Origin: Candidatus Micrarchaeota archaeon
GTDB lineage: Archaea; Micrarchaeota; Micrarchaeia; Anstonellales; Bilamarchaeaceae
Direction of reading: 5' to 3'
Length of the DNA stretch: 53,227 nt
NCBI GenBank assembly: GCA_018813505.1
Contig: JAHJBM010000069.1
Location: forward strand, 1 to 53,227
Part shown: one piece after another, positions 1 through 10,085 of the stretch
How the letters are laid out: each line of letters starts with the position of its first letter
How positions within the stretch are numbered: the stretch's first letter is position 1
The notes under the pieces: model-generated
Told to the model about the DNA's origin: nothing
The model's input: only the letters and a program-made list of their open reading frames with translations
Databases searched by the model: none
Translations under genes and position numbers: made by a program

Positions 1-240
1 GAACGTGCAAAAAAGGACATAGAAAAACTTGAACGTATCATCGCATTTCTAAAACATGAAGGCCTTGACAGTCAATACTCAGAAGTTATGGGATTCATAG
101 AGAACTATTATTCAGATGCCAAGCATTTCTATAGTCAGGGTGATCATTTTACGGCTTTTGGCGCAGCAAACTATGCATATGGTTTTGCAGATGCAATACT
201 TGTAATAGAGGGTAAAAAAGATGAGCAAACTGTCTTTTGA
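1..240 (+). CDS. DUF357-family archaeal protein, 5'-truncated by the window edge
   Basis: Frame 1 is open from base 1 to TGA at 238-240. It reads ...NYYSDAKHFYSQGDHFTAFGAANYAYGFADA..., matching the DUF357 pattern as recalled. Not in the ORF track. Confidence 0.75.
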   Translation, partial: ERAKKDIEKLERIIAFLKHEGLDSQYSEVMGFIENYYSDAKHFYSQGDHFTAFGAANYAYGFADAILVIEGKKDEQTVF

Positions 241-976
241 TCCTATCAAGCGAATGGGCCAATGTTTCTTACAGGACAAGAATATTCTTGAGCTTGAGGC
301 AAAACTCGCAAACCCGAAACACAAGACCGTTCTTGAGATAGGGCCTGGTGATGGAAGGCTTACTGAGGTGTTGCTCAGACACAAACCAAAAAAGATATTT
401 GCAGTGGAAAAGGATTATCGGTTTATTCATCTTCTGAAAAAAAAGTTTGCAAATGCGCCTGTTGAAATTATCGAAGGTGATATTCTCAAGATAAAAATTC
501 CAGAAGTTGATATCGTCATAGGCAATATCCCATATTATATTTCTTCTGATATCATTTTCACTATTAAGGATTCTAATTTTGAGCATGCTGTGTTGATGGT
601 GCAAAAGGAATTTGCACAAAAAATGGTGGCAGAAAAAAACAAGAGCAATTATGGTCGCCTTAGTGTTACTTCACAAATCCATTTTGATATCAAGCTGAAG
701 CACATTGTGCCAAGGCATCTTTTTGTGCCAATACCACAGGTTGATTCGGCAATCATCATTCTCAAGCCAACAAAGGCATCAATTACACAATTCGATGAAA
801 ATGTCATTCGTTATATTTTCCAGCACAAAAACCAAACCGTGCGAAATGCCCTTCTGCATTCGAAATTCTTTGAAAAGTATGAACTCGATGTTCTTGGTAA
901 GTTTGCAAAGCGCAAAGGAAGGACACTTTCGAAGACAGAGTGTCTTGAGATTTCAAAACTTCTTTCAAGTGTATGA
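221..976 (+). CDS. rsmA: 16S rRNA m6,2A dimethyltransferase (KsgA/RsmA/Dim1)
   Basis: MGQCFL, VLEIGPGDG (SAM motif), GNIPYYIS, MVQKEFA, YGRLSV and PQVDS motifs. Confidence 0.95.
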   Translation: MSKLSFDPIKRMGQCFLQDKNILELEAKLANPKHKTVLEIGPGDGRLTEVLLRHKPKKIFAVEKDYRFIHLLKKKFANAPVEIIEGDILKIKIPEVDIVIGNIPYYISSDIIFTIKDSNFEHAVLMVQKEFAQKMVAEKNKSNYGRLSVTSQIHFDIKLKHIVPRHLFVPIPQVDSAIIILKPTKASITQFDENVIRYIFQHKNQTVRNALLHSKFFEKYELDVLGKFAKRKGRTLSKTECLEISKLLSSV

Positions 977-1043
977 TTCAATATATGTATAATCTTGTCC
1001 GATGCTCCTGAGAATGTTTAAAAAACTTAATCATGTTAGCAGT

Positions 1044-1415
1044 ATGAGTGGTATGATGGTAAAAAGCATAAAAGAATTTCAGGATGAGTTGGGTGTCTTA
1101 AGGAAAGAGATGTATAATTATGGCGAAACAGCCGATGCTGAACTTGTGGCGAGTTGGCTTGACAGGCTGGTAATCTCTCTCGATAAACTATGTAATAATC
1201 TGGATTTGATGTCAGTAGGTGCTGATGTGATGTCAGAATGCTGCTGTGGTGGAAGCCCGTGCGATATACCGGCAAAATCATCTGCAAAAAAACACGTAAA
1301 AGTTGCTCATGCAAAAAAGCCAGTTCATGCTAAACATGCAAAGAAACCAGCAAAGGCGGTACATGCAAAAAAGAAAAACGTTCATGCAAAGAAAAAGCCA
1401 AAAAGAAGAAGATAG
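1044..1415 (+). CDS. Hypothetical protein: helical N-terminus, CCCGGSPC cluster, Lys/His/Ala-rich basic tail
   Basis: ORF track 1002..1415. A TATA-like TTTAAAAAA at 1017-1025 favours ATG 1044. The tail has repeated (V)HAKK units. Confidence 0.7.
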   Translation: MSGMMVKSIKEFQDELGVLRKEMYNYGETADAELVASWLDRLVISLDKLCNNLDLMSVGADVMSECCCGGSPCDIPAKSSAKKHVKVAHAKKPVHAKHAKKPAKAVHAKKKNVHAKKKPKRRR

Positions 1416-1481
1416 TGGTTGCATTATAATCCATAATCAAAGCAACTGATTTTTATTCTTTTTTGATTTATTCTTTATTTG

Positions 1482-2657
1482 ATGAAGCCGAATCATAAAA
1501 TAGCATTGCTTGTCTCGCTTCCATTTGCAGGGCTACTTTTGATACTTGCAATTCTATCGGTATATCTATTCTTTGAAAACAGTTCACTTAGTGAAAATCT
1601 CAGGAATAATGTCAGCACTGTAAACAGCCTTAACTCGCAGCTGGCAGATGCACATACCGAAATATCAGAACTAAACTCAGATCTCCAGAGCACAAGCAAT
1701 GAACTTGCTGAAACAAAATTCATCCTTTCCAATACTAGTGAAGAACTTGATAAAACCCGGGACGCGCTTTTGCAGGCAAGCTCAGAACTTAATGATACTC
1801 ATTTGCAGCTGGAGGAAGCTACTGAGCTGCTGGATGAAACAAAGACCGAATTCCTTCAGTTGAAAACAGAACTTTATGGGATTGAGGAATCCATCAATGA
1901 CTCAGTTCAATGGTTCAGCGATAATGCTTTCCTGCCATCAATACCATTGCTCAACGGCTTTTTCAGCAGGACAACCTCCAAATGCATAGAAAACAATCAG
2001 CTTAACATGGGCTGCGTTCCGTTTGTAATGGAAGATCGTTTGAATTTCAGATATCTATTTGAAAATCCAGACAGACTCTATTCAATTATAGACATGGTTG
2101 ATCATGAGGGCGGGGATTGCGAGGATTTTTCATTGTTTTTCAAGGCATATCTGAACACCCTGAGAAAAGATTATCCTGATATCAAATTGGAGGCATGGGA
2201 TAGGAGCCCTGGCGAGCAGTATGTTGTGTATGAAAAGTCGGGTACATCCTGGTATTATGAAGCCACTCCACACGATCTTGGTTCGCTTGATGATTTTACA
2301 CCATATGTTATCTGCTACAATACCGCATATTATGATGGCATAAACAGGCAAGGTCATTGTATTGTCGCGCTCTCAAGAAATGAATTGTTAACAGGGAATG
2401 ACATGACAAAACTAAATGGCGCACCAGCATTTGAACCACAGAACGGTATGTTCATGGGTACTGTGGGGACAAATTTCTATATTTGCGCAGAAGGCGAGAC
2501 TGGTTGTGATAATGATCTAAATAGTATTGTTTTTGTAATTTCAGATGACGACCTTTACCAGTTTATTGACAGCAAATGGAGATATTACAAGGATTATCAA
2601 AAAACGACTTCCGAGATGCGGATGAATATAGATAATATGATTGAAAGTTTTAACTAA
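1482..2657 (+). CDS. Membrane-anchored coiled-coil protein with a transglutaminase-like/cysteine-protease C-terminal domain
   Basis: N-terminal TM helix, heptad coiled coil (about aa 30-140), then GGDCEDFS ... GHC ... FEPQ (Cys-His-acid pattern). Confidence 0.65.
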   Translation: MKPNHKIALLVSLPFAGLLLILAILSVYLFFENSSLSENLRNNVSTVNSLNSQLADAHTEISELNSDLQSTSNELAETKFILSNTSEELDKTRDALLQASSELNDTHLQLEEATELLDETKTEFLQLKTELYGIEESINDSVQWFSDNAFLPSIPLLNGFFSRTTSKCIENNQLNMGCVPFVMEDRLNFRYLFENPDRLYSIIDMVDHEGGDCEDFSLFFKAYLNTLRKDYPDIKLEAWDRSPGEQYVVYEKSGTSWYYEATPHDLGSLDDFTPYVICYNTAYYDGINRQGHCIVALSRNELLTGNDMTKLNGAPAFEPQNGMFMGTVGTNFYICAEGETGCDNDLNSIVFVISDDDLYQFIDSKWRYYKDYQKTTSEMRMNIDNMIESFN

Positions 2658-2720
2658 CTCTGCCTTTAGATTCTGAGTTTGGGGGTGAATTGTCGTTCAA
2701 TCAGAAGTCGAATGAGCAAA

Positions 2721-3557
2721 TCACATAAAGCTTCTCGAAAAAACCTCTAATACGTTTGCATAAAACATTGTAGCATACGAACCAACCAGATTCAATACTT
2801 TTTTTGTTTCAGGGCCAATTGTCCCTGATGGCATATTTACGAATTCCAGTGTTTCTTCCATAGTCGGAATTCTTATCAATTTCTGTTCAAGCAATTCAAA
2901 ATCAGGTATTTCTTCTATTAATCCTCCAAGATCTAATCTGTATATTTTCGGAACAATATCCGAAATCGAGTTTATCAGCAAATCTGGATTGCCACCATTA
3001 TTTGGTAGAATATAGCCCGCTTGTACGGGAAATGCCGGTAACAAGTCACAATCAATAGTTGTAGCGATTTCGCAACCTGCTATTTTATCAGTAAGATATC
3101 GATATTCTTTATGCACAAATTGCAAATGATTTCTCATTCCTAATGTTTTTGTATCGGTCATTTTAGTTGCAGTCATATGGTTTGAACAGTCAACATCACT
3201 CACGTTTTTCGGTTCATTTCCATCATAATTGCGATATTCATCGCTATGTTGATCGTAACATATTTTCAATTTTATTCGTGGATCCAAGGTGAAGAAAAAG
3301 CTTTCACCATGTCTATTCCCATCTCCCCAAATGTAAGCCATTCTGCCTCTCAGAAAGAACAATTCCATATTTCTTCTATCTGGCTCTTCTGATAATGCTT
3401 TAAATCTACACTTTCGCAAACCTGGCATTTCTTTGAATTTTGCTATTAGTACTTTGTTTGATTGTGTAGGTGCAAATACCACTTCAAGAACCATACCATA
3501 ACAATAGTATGATGTTGTTTTAAATGTTTCCATGTGTACAGCAATAGGCTGTCGCAT
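2721..3557 (-). CDS. Hypothetical protein
   Basis: 278-aa ORF with no recognisable motif; start uncertain. Confidence 0.6.
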   Translation of the reverse strand: MRQPIAVHMETFKTTSYYCYGMVLEVVFAPTQSNKVLIAKFKEMPGLRKCRFKALSEEPDRRNMELFFLRGRMAYIWGDGNRHGESFFFTLDPRIKLKICYDQHSDEYRNYDGNEPKNVSDVDCSNHMTATKMTDTKTLGMRNHLQFVHKEYRYLTDKIAGCEIATTIDCDLLPAFPVQAGYILPNNGGNPDLLINSISDIVPKIYRLDLGGLIEEIPDFELLEQKLIRIPTMEETLEFVNMPSGTIGPETKKVLNLVGSYATMFYANVLEVFSRSFM

Positions 3558-3672
3558 GACTTTTCAGAGTGTATGTATTGTTAGCTTGCTCAAAAAATGA
3601 TCGCGATCTAACCAGTCTAATTATAGGTGTGAAGTGCATCTATCTACACTCAATAAAAACGGCAAAATCGAG

Positions 3673-4791
3673 CTAAAACAACTCATCAAGGATTCCTTTT
3701 TTCTTTCCTTGTTCTTTTTCAAGTTCTTTTAACAGTTCCCGCTCTTTTTTGCTGGTCTTTTTCGGAACATTGACAATAACCCTAACCATTTCATCTCCTT
3801 TTCCGTTTCCTTGGAGATGTGGAATCCCCTCGTTCCTCAACCTGATTAGCGTATGTGATTCTGTGCCTGGAGATACATCCATATCCACTTTTCCAAATAA
3901 TGTTGGGACTCTTACCTTACCGCCTAGCACTGCTGTTGAATATGTTATGGGCACTTCTATCACAATATCATCTTTAACCCGTTTGAAAAGTTTATGGTGA
4001 TTTATATGGACTCTGATAAAAAGCTCGCCATTGCCATCTTTTCCATACTGTCCTAGCCCGCTATAACGTACTATCATCCCATCCTGAATTCCTGCAGGTA
4101 TGTCAACACTGACTTTTTCTTTGGTTGCTGTTCTCTTCGATCCTCTGCACAAATTGCATAATTTTTCAAATTGTACCCCTTCTCCATGGCATCTATTACA
4201 TGCAGTGACCGTGTAAAATGACATAGGACCAAGTCGCTTTGCCTGTTGCACCTGTCCTTGTCCATTACAATTACCGCATCTTGTTTTTTTGCTTCCTGGT
4301 TCGGCTCCGGTTCCGCTGCATTTGTTGCAGGCAATGTGCCTGTTATACGAGATGTCCTTTTTTACTCCTTTTGCGGCATCTTCAAGTTCTATATTCATCT
4401 CTAATTCTATGTCCTCTCCATATTCTGCGCGTCTTCCTCTTGCATGAGATCCGCGGAACATTTGGCCAAACATACCCTCGAATGGTGTTCCCGACATGTT
4501 GCCGAATATGTCTTCAAAATCCCTGAAATTAGCATTTCTGAATATGTCCTCGCGTGTATACATCTGGTCAAATCCCGCATGGCCATATTGGTCATATTGA
4601 GCTTTTTTCTTTTCATCACTAAGAACTGCGTATGCCTCACTTATTTCTTTAAATTTTTCAGTAGCAGAAGAGTCGCTGTTGCGATCAGGATGATACTGCA
4701 TGGCAAGTTTGCGGTATGCTTTTTTTATATCAGCACTACCAGCACCTTTGCTAAGGCCGAGAATTTCGTAATAGTCACTTTTCGCTACCAT
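3673..4791 (-). CDS. dnaJ: Chaperone DnaJ (class A)
   Basis: J domain with HPD, G/F region, four CxxCxGxG-type zinc motifs, C-terminal domain. Confidence 0.97.
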   Translation of the reverse strand: MVAKSDYYEILGLSKGAGSADIKKAYRKLAMQYHPDRNSDSSATEKFKEISEAYAVLSDEKKKAQYDQYGHAGFDQMYTREDIFRNANFRDFEDIFGNMSGTPFEGMFGQMFRGSHARGRRAEYGEDIELEMNIELEDAAKGVKKDISYNRHIACNKCSGTGAEPGSKKTRCGNCNGQGQVQQAKRLGPMSFYTVTACNRCHGEGVQFEKLCNLCRGSKRTATKEKVSVDIPAGIQDGMIVRYSGLGQYGKDGNGELFIRVHINHHKLFKRVKDDIVIEVPITYSTAVLGGKVRVPTLFGKVDMDVSPGTESHTLIRLRNEGIPHLQGNGKGDEMVRVIVNVPKKTSKKERELLKELEKEQGKKKGILDELF

Positions 4792-4936
4792 ACTATTTTA
4801 CTCCTATATTCTCCTTATTTCTGTTTACGTCGCCTTTCCACAGTATTCTTATCTGGCATTGTATTCTATTTCACTTATGCAATGCCAGCAGACTGGACAA
4901 ACTCAGTCCATCGCATAAATAACCATTCTGCATTCA

Positions 4937-5236
4937 TCAGACATACATGGTCTTATTCTCATCTTCCATTTTGCTCCATATATCCATTACATGGCCTTCC
5001 CATGTTTTTGGTCTGCTGTTCATCTGCATCTGTTTTGCACTTTCTGGATTTGTCAATATCATATATGCCTCGTTTATTTCCTTGAATTTTTCAGAAGCCG
5101 AAGGATTGCTGTTTTTGTCAGGATGATATTGCATGGCAAGTTTTCTGTATGCCTTTTTTATTTCCTGTACATTGGCATCCTTTGAAACCCCAAGTATCCT
5201 TCGGTATTTCTTCCGTTTATCTTCCATCTTTTTCAC
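4937..5236 (-). CDS. Stand-alone J-domain protein
   Basis: [29 protein letters not shown]...[10 protein letters not shown] plus a short C-terminal tail. Confidence 0.9.
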   Translation of the reverse strand: MKKMEDKRKKYRRILGVSKDANVQEIKKAYRKLAMQYHPDKNSNPSASEKFKEINEAYMILTNPESAKQMQMNSRPKTWEGHVMDIWSKMEDENKTMYV

Positions 5237-5264
5237 ATCACATGTTATCTACGTTAAACCGATC

Positions 5265-5290
5265 TAGTCAAACATGTTGATATTTGACTA
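5265..5290. promoter_or_regulatory. 8-bp inverted repeat TAGTCAAA-N10-TTTGACTA upstream of the small J-domain gene (candidate operator)
   Basis: Seen directly; lies about 30 nt upstream of the start at 5236. Function is inferred. Confidence 0.35.
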
Positions 5291-5384
5291 ATAGAACGCT
5301 CGATATCTCGGGTGTCAGCAGTTCGATGCCGTTCTGATAACTGGCATCATTTATTTGGACTGGTATATCAATATGTTTTCTATA

Positions 5385-7268
5385 CTATTTTTTATCGTCA
5401 TCTACCTTTTCGTATTTCCCGTCAACAACTGTTTCATCAGTTCCAGACTTTCCGTTATTATCGTTGCCTTTATGTCCAGCATTATTGTCTGGCGGTGGTG
5501 TTTCGCCACCCATGCCTGGACCTGCCTGCTTATACGCTTCAGCACCTACTTCCTGCAGTACCTTTTTTAGGTTTTCCGATTCCGTCCTGATCTTTGCAAG
5601 CTGATGCGCAAGCACTGCTTCCTCAAGCTTCTTTTTTGCACTATCAAGCTTGTCAAACTGGTCCTTTGACAGTTTATCCTTAAGTTCTTCAACAGTCTTG
5701 TTTGTTATGTATATCAGAGATTCTGCCTCGTTTTTAGCAGTTGCAAGGTCAAGTGCCTCCTTGTCTTTTTCTGCATATTTCTCTGCTTCGCCCATCTTCT
5801 CCTTTATGTCATCATCAGACATTTTTAATGGGGAAGTGACCCTCATATTTTGTTCCTTGTTTGTTGCTTTATCCTTTGCACTTACATTCAATATGCCATT
5901 TGCATCTATGTCAAACGTAACCTCTACCTGAGGAACTCCTCTTGGTGCGGGTGGTATGCCCACCATAGTGAATTTACCGAGAGATACATTATCGTTTGCC
6001 ATTGCCCGTTCTCCTTGCAGGATGTGGATATCCACTGCGGTTTGCATATCTGCAGCTGTTGAAAACGTTTGGGTTTTCTTTGTTGGTATTGTCGTGTTTC
6101 TTTCTATTAGTTTTGTAGAAACCCCTCCAAGGGTTTCAAGTCCAAGCGACAATGGAGTAACGTCCAGAAGAAGTATATCCTTAACGTCACCGGATAAAAC
6201 TCCTGCCTGTATTGCAGCGCCCATTGCCACACATTCCATTGGGTCAATACCCCGTTCAACATTCTTACCAGCAGTGTCTTCGACAAACTTCTGTACTATC
6301 GGCATTCTTGTTGGTCCACCAACCATGATAATTTTGTTTATTCCTGACGGTGTCAATTTTGCATCTTTGAGTGCCTGTTCAAGGGGGCCGCGGCATCTTT
6401 CTATTACTGGTCTTAAAAGATCCTCGAGTTTTGCCCTTGTCAGTTTGTGTACAAAGTGTTTTGGCTGGTTGTTCACTGATGCAAGGAAAGGTAAGTTAAT
6501 CTGAGTTTCCAAAGTTGTTGATAATTCAATCTTGGCCTTTTCTGCTGCTTCCAACAGTCTTTCGTGTGCTTGTTTATCCTTTGAAATATCAACTCCGCTC
6601 TCTTTTCTGAACTGGTCTGTAAGATATTCTGCGATTATCGCATCCATATCTCTTCCACCAAGTTGTGTGTCTCCGCTTGTGGATTTCACTTCAAATACCC
6701 CACCACCAAAATCCATGATGGTTACATCGAGCGTTCCTCCACCTAGGTCAAATACAAGTATTTTCATTTCCTGGTCTGATTTGTCAAGACCATATGCAAG
6801 GCATGCTGCCGTTGGTTCGTTTACAAGTCTTACTATCTCCAGTCCTGCGATTTTTCCTGCATCTATTGTTGCCTGCCTTTGGTTGTCATTGAAATATGCC
6901 GGTACAGTTACTACTGCTTTCTCTACTTTTTCTCCAAGGAACTCTTCAGTGTCTTTTCTTATTTTTTGCAGAATATATGCAGAAAGATCCTGTGGCGAAT
7001 ATTCTTTTCCAAATATTTTGTATTTCTCTTTTGTTCCCATCTTCCTTTTGAATCCGGTTACTGTTCCCTCAGAGTTTGTTACTGCCTGTCTTCTTGCAGG
7101 TTCGCCTATGATTCTTGTTCCATCTGGCATAAACGCCACAACACTTGGAAATGCCTTACCATATTGTGTAATTCCTTCAGTACTTGCGATTATTTTTGGT
7201 CTTCCTGCCTCAAGAAATGCAGCTGCCGAATTAGATGTTCCCAAATCAATACCAATTATTTTGCTCAT
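5385..7268 (-). CDS. dnaK: Chaperone DnaK (Hsp70)
   Basis: [33 protein letters not shown] and [11 protein letters not shown] motifs. Confidence 0.98.
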   Translation of the reverse strand: MSKIIGIDLGTSNSAAAFLEAGRPKIIASTEGITQYGKAFPSVVAFMPDGTRIIGEPARRQAVTNSEGTVTGFKRKMGTKEKYKIFGKEYSPQDLSAYILQKIRKDTEEFLGEKVEKAVVTVPAYFNDNQRQATIDAGKIAGLEIVRLVNEPTAACLAYGLDKSDQEMKILVFDLGGGTLDVTIMDFGGGVFEVKSTSGDTQLGGRDMDAIIAEYLTDQFRKESGVDISKDKQAHERLLEAAEKAKIELSTTLETQINLPFLASVNNQPKHFVHKLTRAKLEDLLRPVIERCRGPLEQALKDAKLTPSGINKIIMVGGPTRMPIVQKFVEDTAGKNVERGIDPMECVAMGAAIQAGVLSGDVKDILLLDVTPLSLGLETLGGVSTKLIERNTTIPTKKTQTFSTAADMQTAVDIHILQGERAMANDNVSLGKFTMVGIPPAPRGVPQVEVTFDIDANGILNVSAKDKATNKEQNMRVTSPLKMSDDDIKEKMGEAEKYAEKDKEALDLATAKNEAESLIYITNKTVEELKDKLSKDQFDKLDSAKKKLEEAVLAHQLAKIRTESENLKKVLQEVGAEAYKQAGPGMGGETPPPDNNAGHKGNDNNGKSGTDETVVDGKYEKVDDDKK

Positions 7269-7783
7269 ATCTTATCACCTTTTTTTCCTACGACAACTTT
7301 TGCGTGTCTAAGGATTTTTCCTTTGAATAAATATCCTTTTTGTACAACCTCTATTATCTTGCCGTCTTCTCCAATTTCCTGTCTTATTGCGTCGTGTCTG
7401 TAAGGATCGAATTGATGGCCTTCTACATCCATTTCCTGCACCCCTTCGTTTTTCAGAATATCAAGAATTTTCGAATATATTAGTTCCATTCCTCGCTTGA
7501 ACTCTGGGTCTGCATTATGTGCATGTTGAAGCGCAATTTCGAATTCATCTGCTATGGGGAGGATTTTTACCAGTACCTCTGCACCTGAATTTTGTCTGAT
7601 ATTATCATTTTCTTTTAACATTCTTTTCTTGTAATTCTCGAAATCTGCCTGAAGTCTCATAATTCTTTCTTCAAGCTCATCAGCCTTTTTCTTCTTGCTT
7701 TCAAGCATTTCGATATGTTGATGTTCCATGAGTTTTTTTTCTTCATGCTCGGGCAGACTCTGTTTTTCGTCGGTTCCAAGCAT
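7265..7783 (-). CDS. grpE: Nucleotide exchange factor GrpE
   Basis: [20 protein letters not shown] and [20 protein letters not shown]; overlaps the dnaK start. The frame is open upstream to about 7837 (see findings). Confidence 0.95.
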   Translation of the reverse strand: MLGTDEKQSLPEHEEKKLMEHQHIEMLESKKKKADELEERIMRLQADFENYKKRMLKENDNIRQNSGAEVLVKILPIADEFEIALQHAHNADPEFKRGMELIYSKILDILKNEGVQEMDVEGHQFDPYRHDAIRQEIGEDGKIIEVVQKGYLFKGKILRHAKVVVGKKGDKI

Positions 7784-7941
7784 CTGCGGTTCTTCGTGTT
7801 TTGGATCATGTTTTGTATCTTTTGTCGTAAAATCACCTTATTTCGCTGTATTCATCAATATTTTATCCATTACAGTTAAATTTTAACAAATTGTTTAATA
7901 TTAGTAAGGATTTTTAAATATTAGCCTTAAGTTAATAGCAT

Positions 7942-8349
7942 ATGGAAAGAAACCGACGCTATCGACGCCAGATCATCATATGTGAGATAACTATGCCAGT
8001 TGAAGATGACTATTCTGCAGAGATCGATTGGATGTATCAATGCCTTGGTCTTGGTGATGAACGTGATATTGTCGGTAGCTTGATCTTCAGGGAAATCCTA
8101 ATTGCGAACCGGGAAGAGCGCGGTATCTCCTCCAGGGAACTTATGTTTAAATGCAACGTTACTCAGGCGGCCGTTGTTTATCATCTTAATCTGTTTATGC
8201 GAACCGGACTTTTAGTGAAAGAGGGGCGCATTTATTATCTCAGGGCAAAAAACCTTGAGCGAACATTGGAAGAGATTGAAAATGATCTTGCCAGGCGTTT
8301 TGATATTTTGAAAAGAATCGGGCGAAAGATAGATGAAGGTTTTCAATAG
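7942..8349 (+). CDS. Winged-helix transcriptional regulator divergent from grpE-dnaK-dnaJ
   Basis: ISSRELMFKCNVTQAAVVYHLNLFMRTGLLVKEGRIYYL (HTH plus wing) and a C-terminal coiled coil. TATA-like TTTTTAAATA at 7911-7920. Confidence 0.8.
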   Translation: MERNRRYRRQIIICEITMPVEDDYSAEIDWMYQCLGLGDERDIVGSLIFREILIANREERGISSRELMFKCNVTQAAVVYHLNLFMRTGLLVKEGRIYYLRAKNLERTLEEIENDLARRFDILKRIGRKIDEGFQ

Positions 8350-8385
8350 TTTTACTACCAACATCACATTCTATTCACGATTCAA

Positions 8386-9330
8386 TTATTTTCCAGTACT
8401 AAGTACTATACTATATTCCTTGTCATAGGGCAAAGGCTGCCAGTTTGTTTCTGTTGCATATCCTGTTGAAAGATTGACAAACAGCCTCATCTCTTTCGTA
8501 TAACTGTTTCCTGTAGCATAGGAGTCAGCCGTATTATAGTATACATTGACAACATCGCTTACTAGGTGCACACTTTCAGTCTGTTCAATCTTAAGTACCA
8601 CCCAGTATCTTCCAGGTGCGAGTTTTGTTTTTGAATCAAGGTCAAATATTATCCATCTCTTGTTGAGCGGTACCTCGTTGCTTGGTACTGTTCCAGCTGC
8701 TATCAGTGCTCCGGGCTCTCCATTATCATTTCCTCTTATCTCCGCAATAACGCTTGTTCCTGGCTGAAAATTGGAATCCAATCTTTTCATATATGCCTTG
8801 ACCTGTCCAACTTCTATTTCATTACCGATATCAAAAGCCATTGCACGCCATTCCTTGAAAGAGATGGCATCATAATCATTCTTGCCCGGTTCTTCGTTGC
8901 CAAGTGGCTTCACTTCCCAGTCACGTGACATTATTGTATCATCACCAACCAAAGCCGTTATTCTGGAGATTCCATCGTTAATGCCTATTATTGGAAAATT
9001 CAGTGGTGTTGCCTCATCGCTTGTAATGGTCTGTCGTCCTATAAGTTGGTCGTCAATATAAATCAAAATCTCTTTTCCGCCTGCGCATGTTACTGTCGCG
9101 ATCAGAATGCTCGTTTGCGATAAAATCCCCTCGTCCATTCTTGAGAATGTATAAGTCGGGTCAACACAATCCTCGTTCTTTTCATATTGAAATGTGCTAT
9201 TGTCATTTGAGTAATCGCCATACTGACCTGTTGTATTATTCATTGTGACATAATCGTCATTTCCAGTATTGCCTCCCAAACATCCGAACAAAAAAATCAG
9301 CAGTAAAAATGTATATGCAGTACTTCTCAT
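8386..9330 (-). CDS. Predicted lipoprotein/surface protein with beta-rich domains
   Basis: Signal peptide with LFGC lipobox-like motif; acidic, beta-strand-rich sequence. Confidence 0.7.
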   Translation of the reverse strand: MRSTAYTFLLLIFLFGCLGGNTGNDDYVTMNNTTGQYGDYSNDNSTFQYEKNEDCVDPTYTFSRMDEGILSQTSILIATVTCAGGKEILIYIDDQLIGRQTITSDEATPLNFPIIGINDGISRITALVGDDTIMSRDWEVKPLGNEEPGKNDYDAISFKEWRAMAFDIGNEIEVGQVKAYMKRLDSNFQPGTSVIAEIRGNDNGEPGALIAAGTVPSNEVPLNKRWIIFDLDSKTKLAPGRYWVVLKIEQTESVHLVSDVVNVYYNTADSYATGNSYTKEMRLFVNLSTGYATETNWQPLPYDKEYSIVLSTGK

Positions 9331-9357
9331 AAAACTCCCAATATATATTCGAATTTA

Positions 9358-9648
9358 CTATTTATAATCCTGCTCTTTGTAAATCTCGTTCACTCCGTCG
9401 ATCCATCCCCTTACATATTCCTTCCATTCGACCTTTGTTTCGTTTGAGAGTACTCTGAAGAAAATATCTTCTCTCTTTGGGAGTCTTATATCTTCTAATT
9501 CTTCTATCTCAAGTTCGTACCATTGCCGTATCTCAAAATAGTCTGCATGATTCGTTGCCCAGTTTTTACCCTGTTCAAAACCAATCAGATATGATTTTGC
9601 TGGGCTTTTGTTGCCGTTATTTATAAGGCTCTCTAATATTCTGGACAT
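9358..9648 (-). CDS. Small hypothetical protein
   Basis: 96-aa ORF with two YxxGFxxG/YxxGWxxG-like motifs. Confidence 0.65.
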   Translation of the reverse strand: MSRILESLINNGNKSPAKSYLIGFEQGKNWATNHADYFEIRQWYELEIEELEDIRLPKREDIFFRVLSNETKVEWKEYVRGWIDGVNEIYKEQDYK

Positions 9649-9761
9649 TTTCTCAATTGAACTTTTTCACTTTAATTATTAAATACACTTACTTTTCATC
9701 TCTAAAAAAATATATGATTGTTTTCGCTTAAATTTCCAACAAAGCAGGTAATAAAAATGAT

Positions 9762-9928
9762 CGCCTCGGCCGGGGTTCGAACCCGGGTCGCAAGAGTTCC
9801 GTTGCACATATTATGCCTTTTTTGGGCGCTTTTTTTACTAAAAAAGTGCAATGACAGTCTCGTATGCTAACCAGTATGTACCTTGACCAATCGTCTAAGA
9901 TTGATCATAAGTTCTACACTACCGAGGC
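9762..9928 (-). tRNA. tRNA-Asp(GTC) with two introns: 15/16 (9876-9913, 38 nt) and 37/38 (9797-9851, 55 nt)
   Basis: Spliced sequence: GCCTCGG TA GTGT AGACTGGTTA GCAT A CGAGA CTGTCAC TCTTG CGAC CCGGG TTCGAAC CCCGG CCGAGGC G. Clean BHB at 37/38 (CTGT/ACGG, TGCAC/GTGCA). G15:C48 preserved. TATA-like TTTAAAAA about 30 nt upstream. Confidence 0.92.
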
Positions 9929-10085
9929 TAAAAGTATTTTGATTCTGCTGAATTACTTTTTTAAAGCGATCGTTGAAGTCTGTAATTTGTTAAATCTGAT
10001 GGTTTTTATATTTGGCATCATTATCAACGTCAATTTTAATGGACAAAACATCCATTTTTAAATACTTGTTGACACATAACATTTC

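Noticed and set aside
5650-7403. Long + strand ORFs opposite dnaK (and similar ones opposite mscS and ORF 50220-51029)
   Set aside because: Antisense shadows of real genes; this is well known for dnaK.
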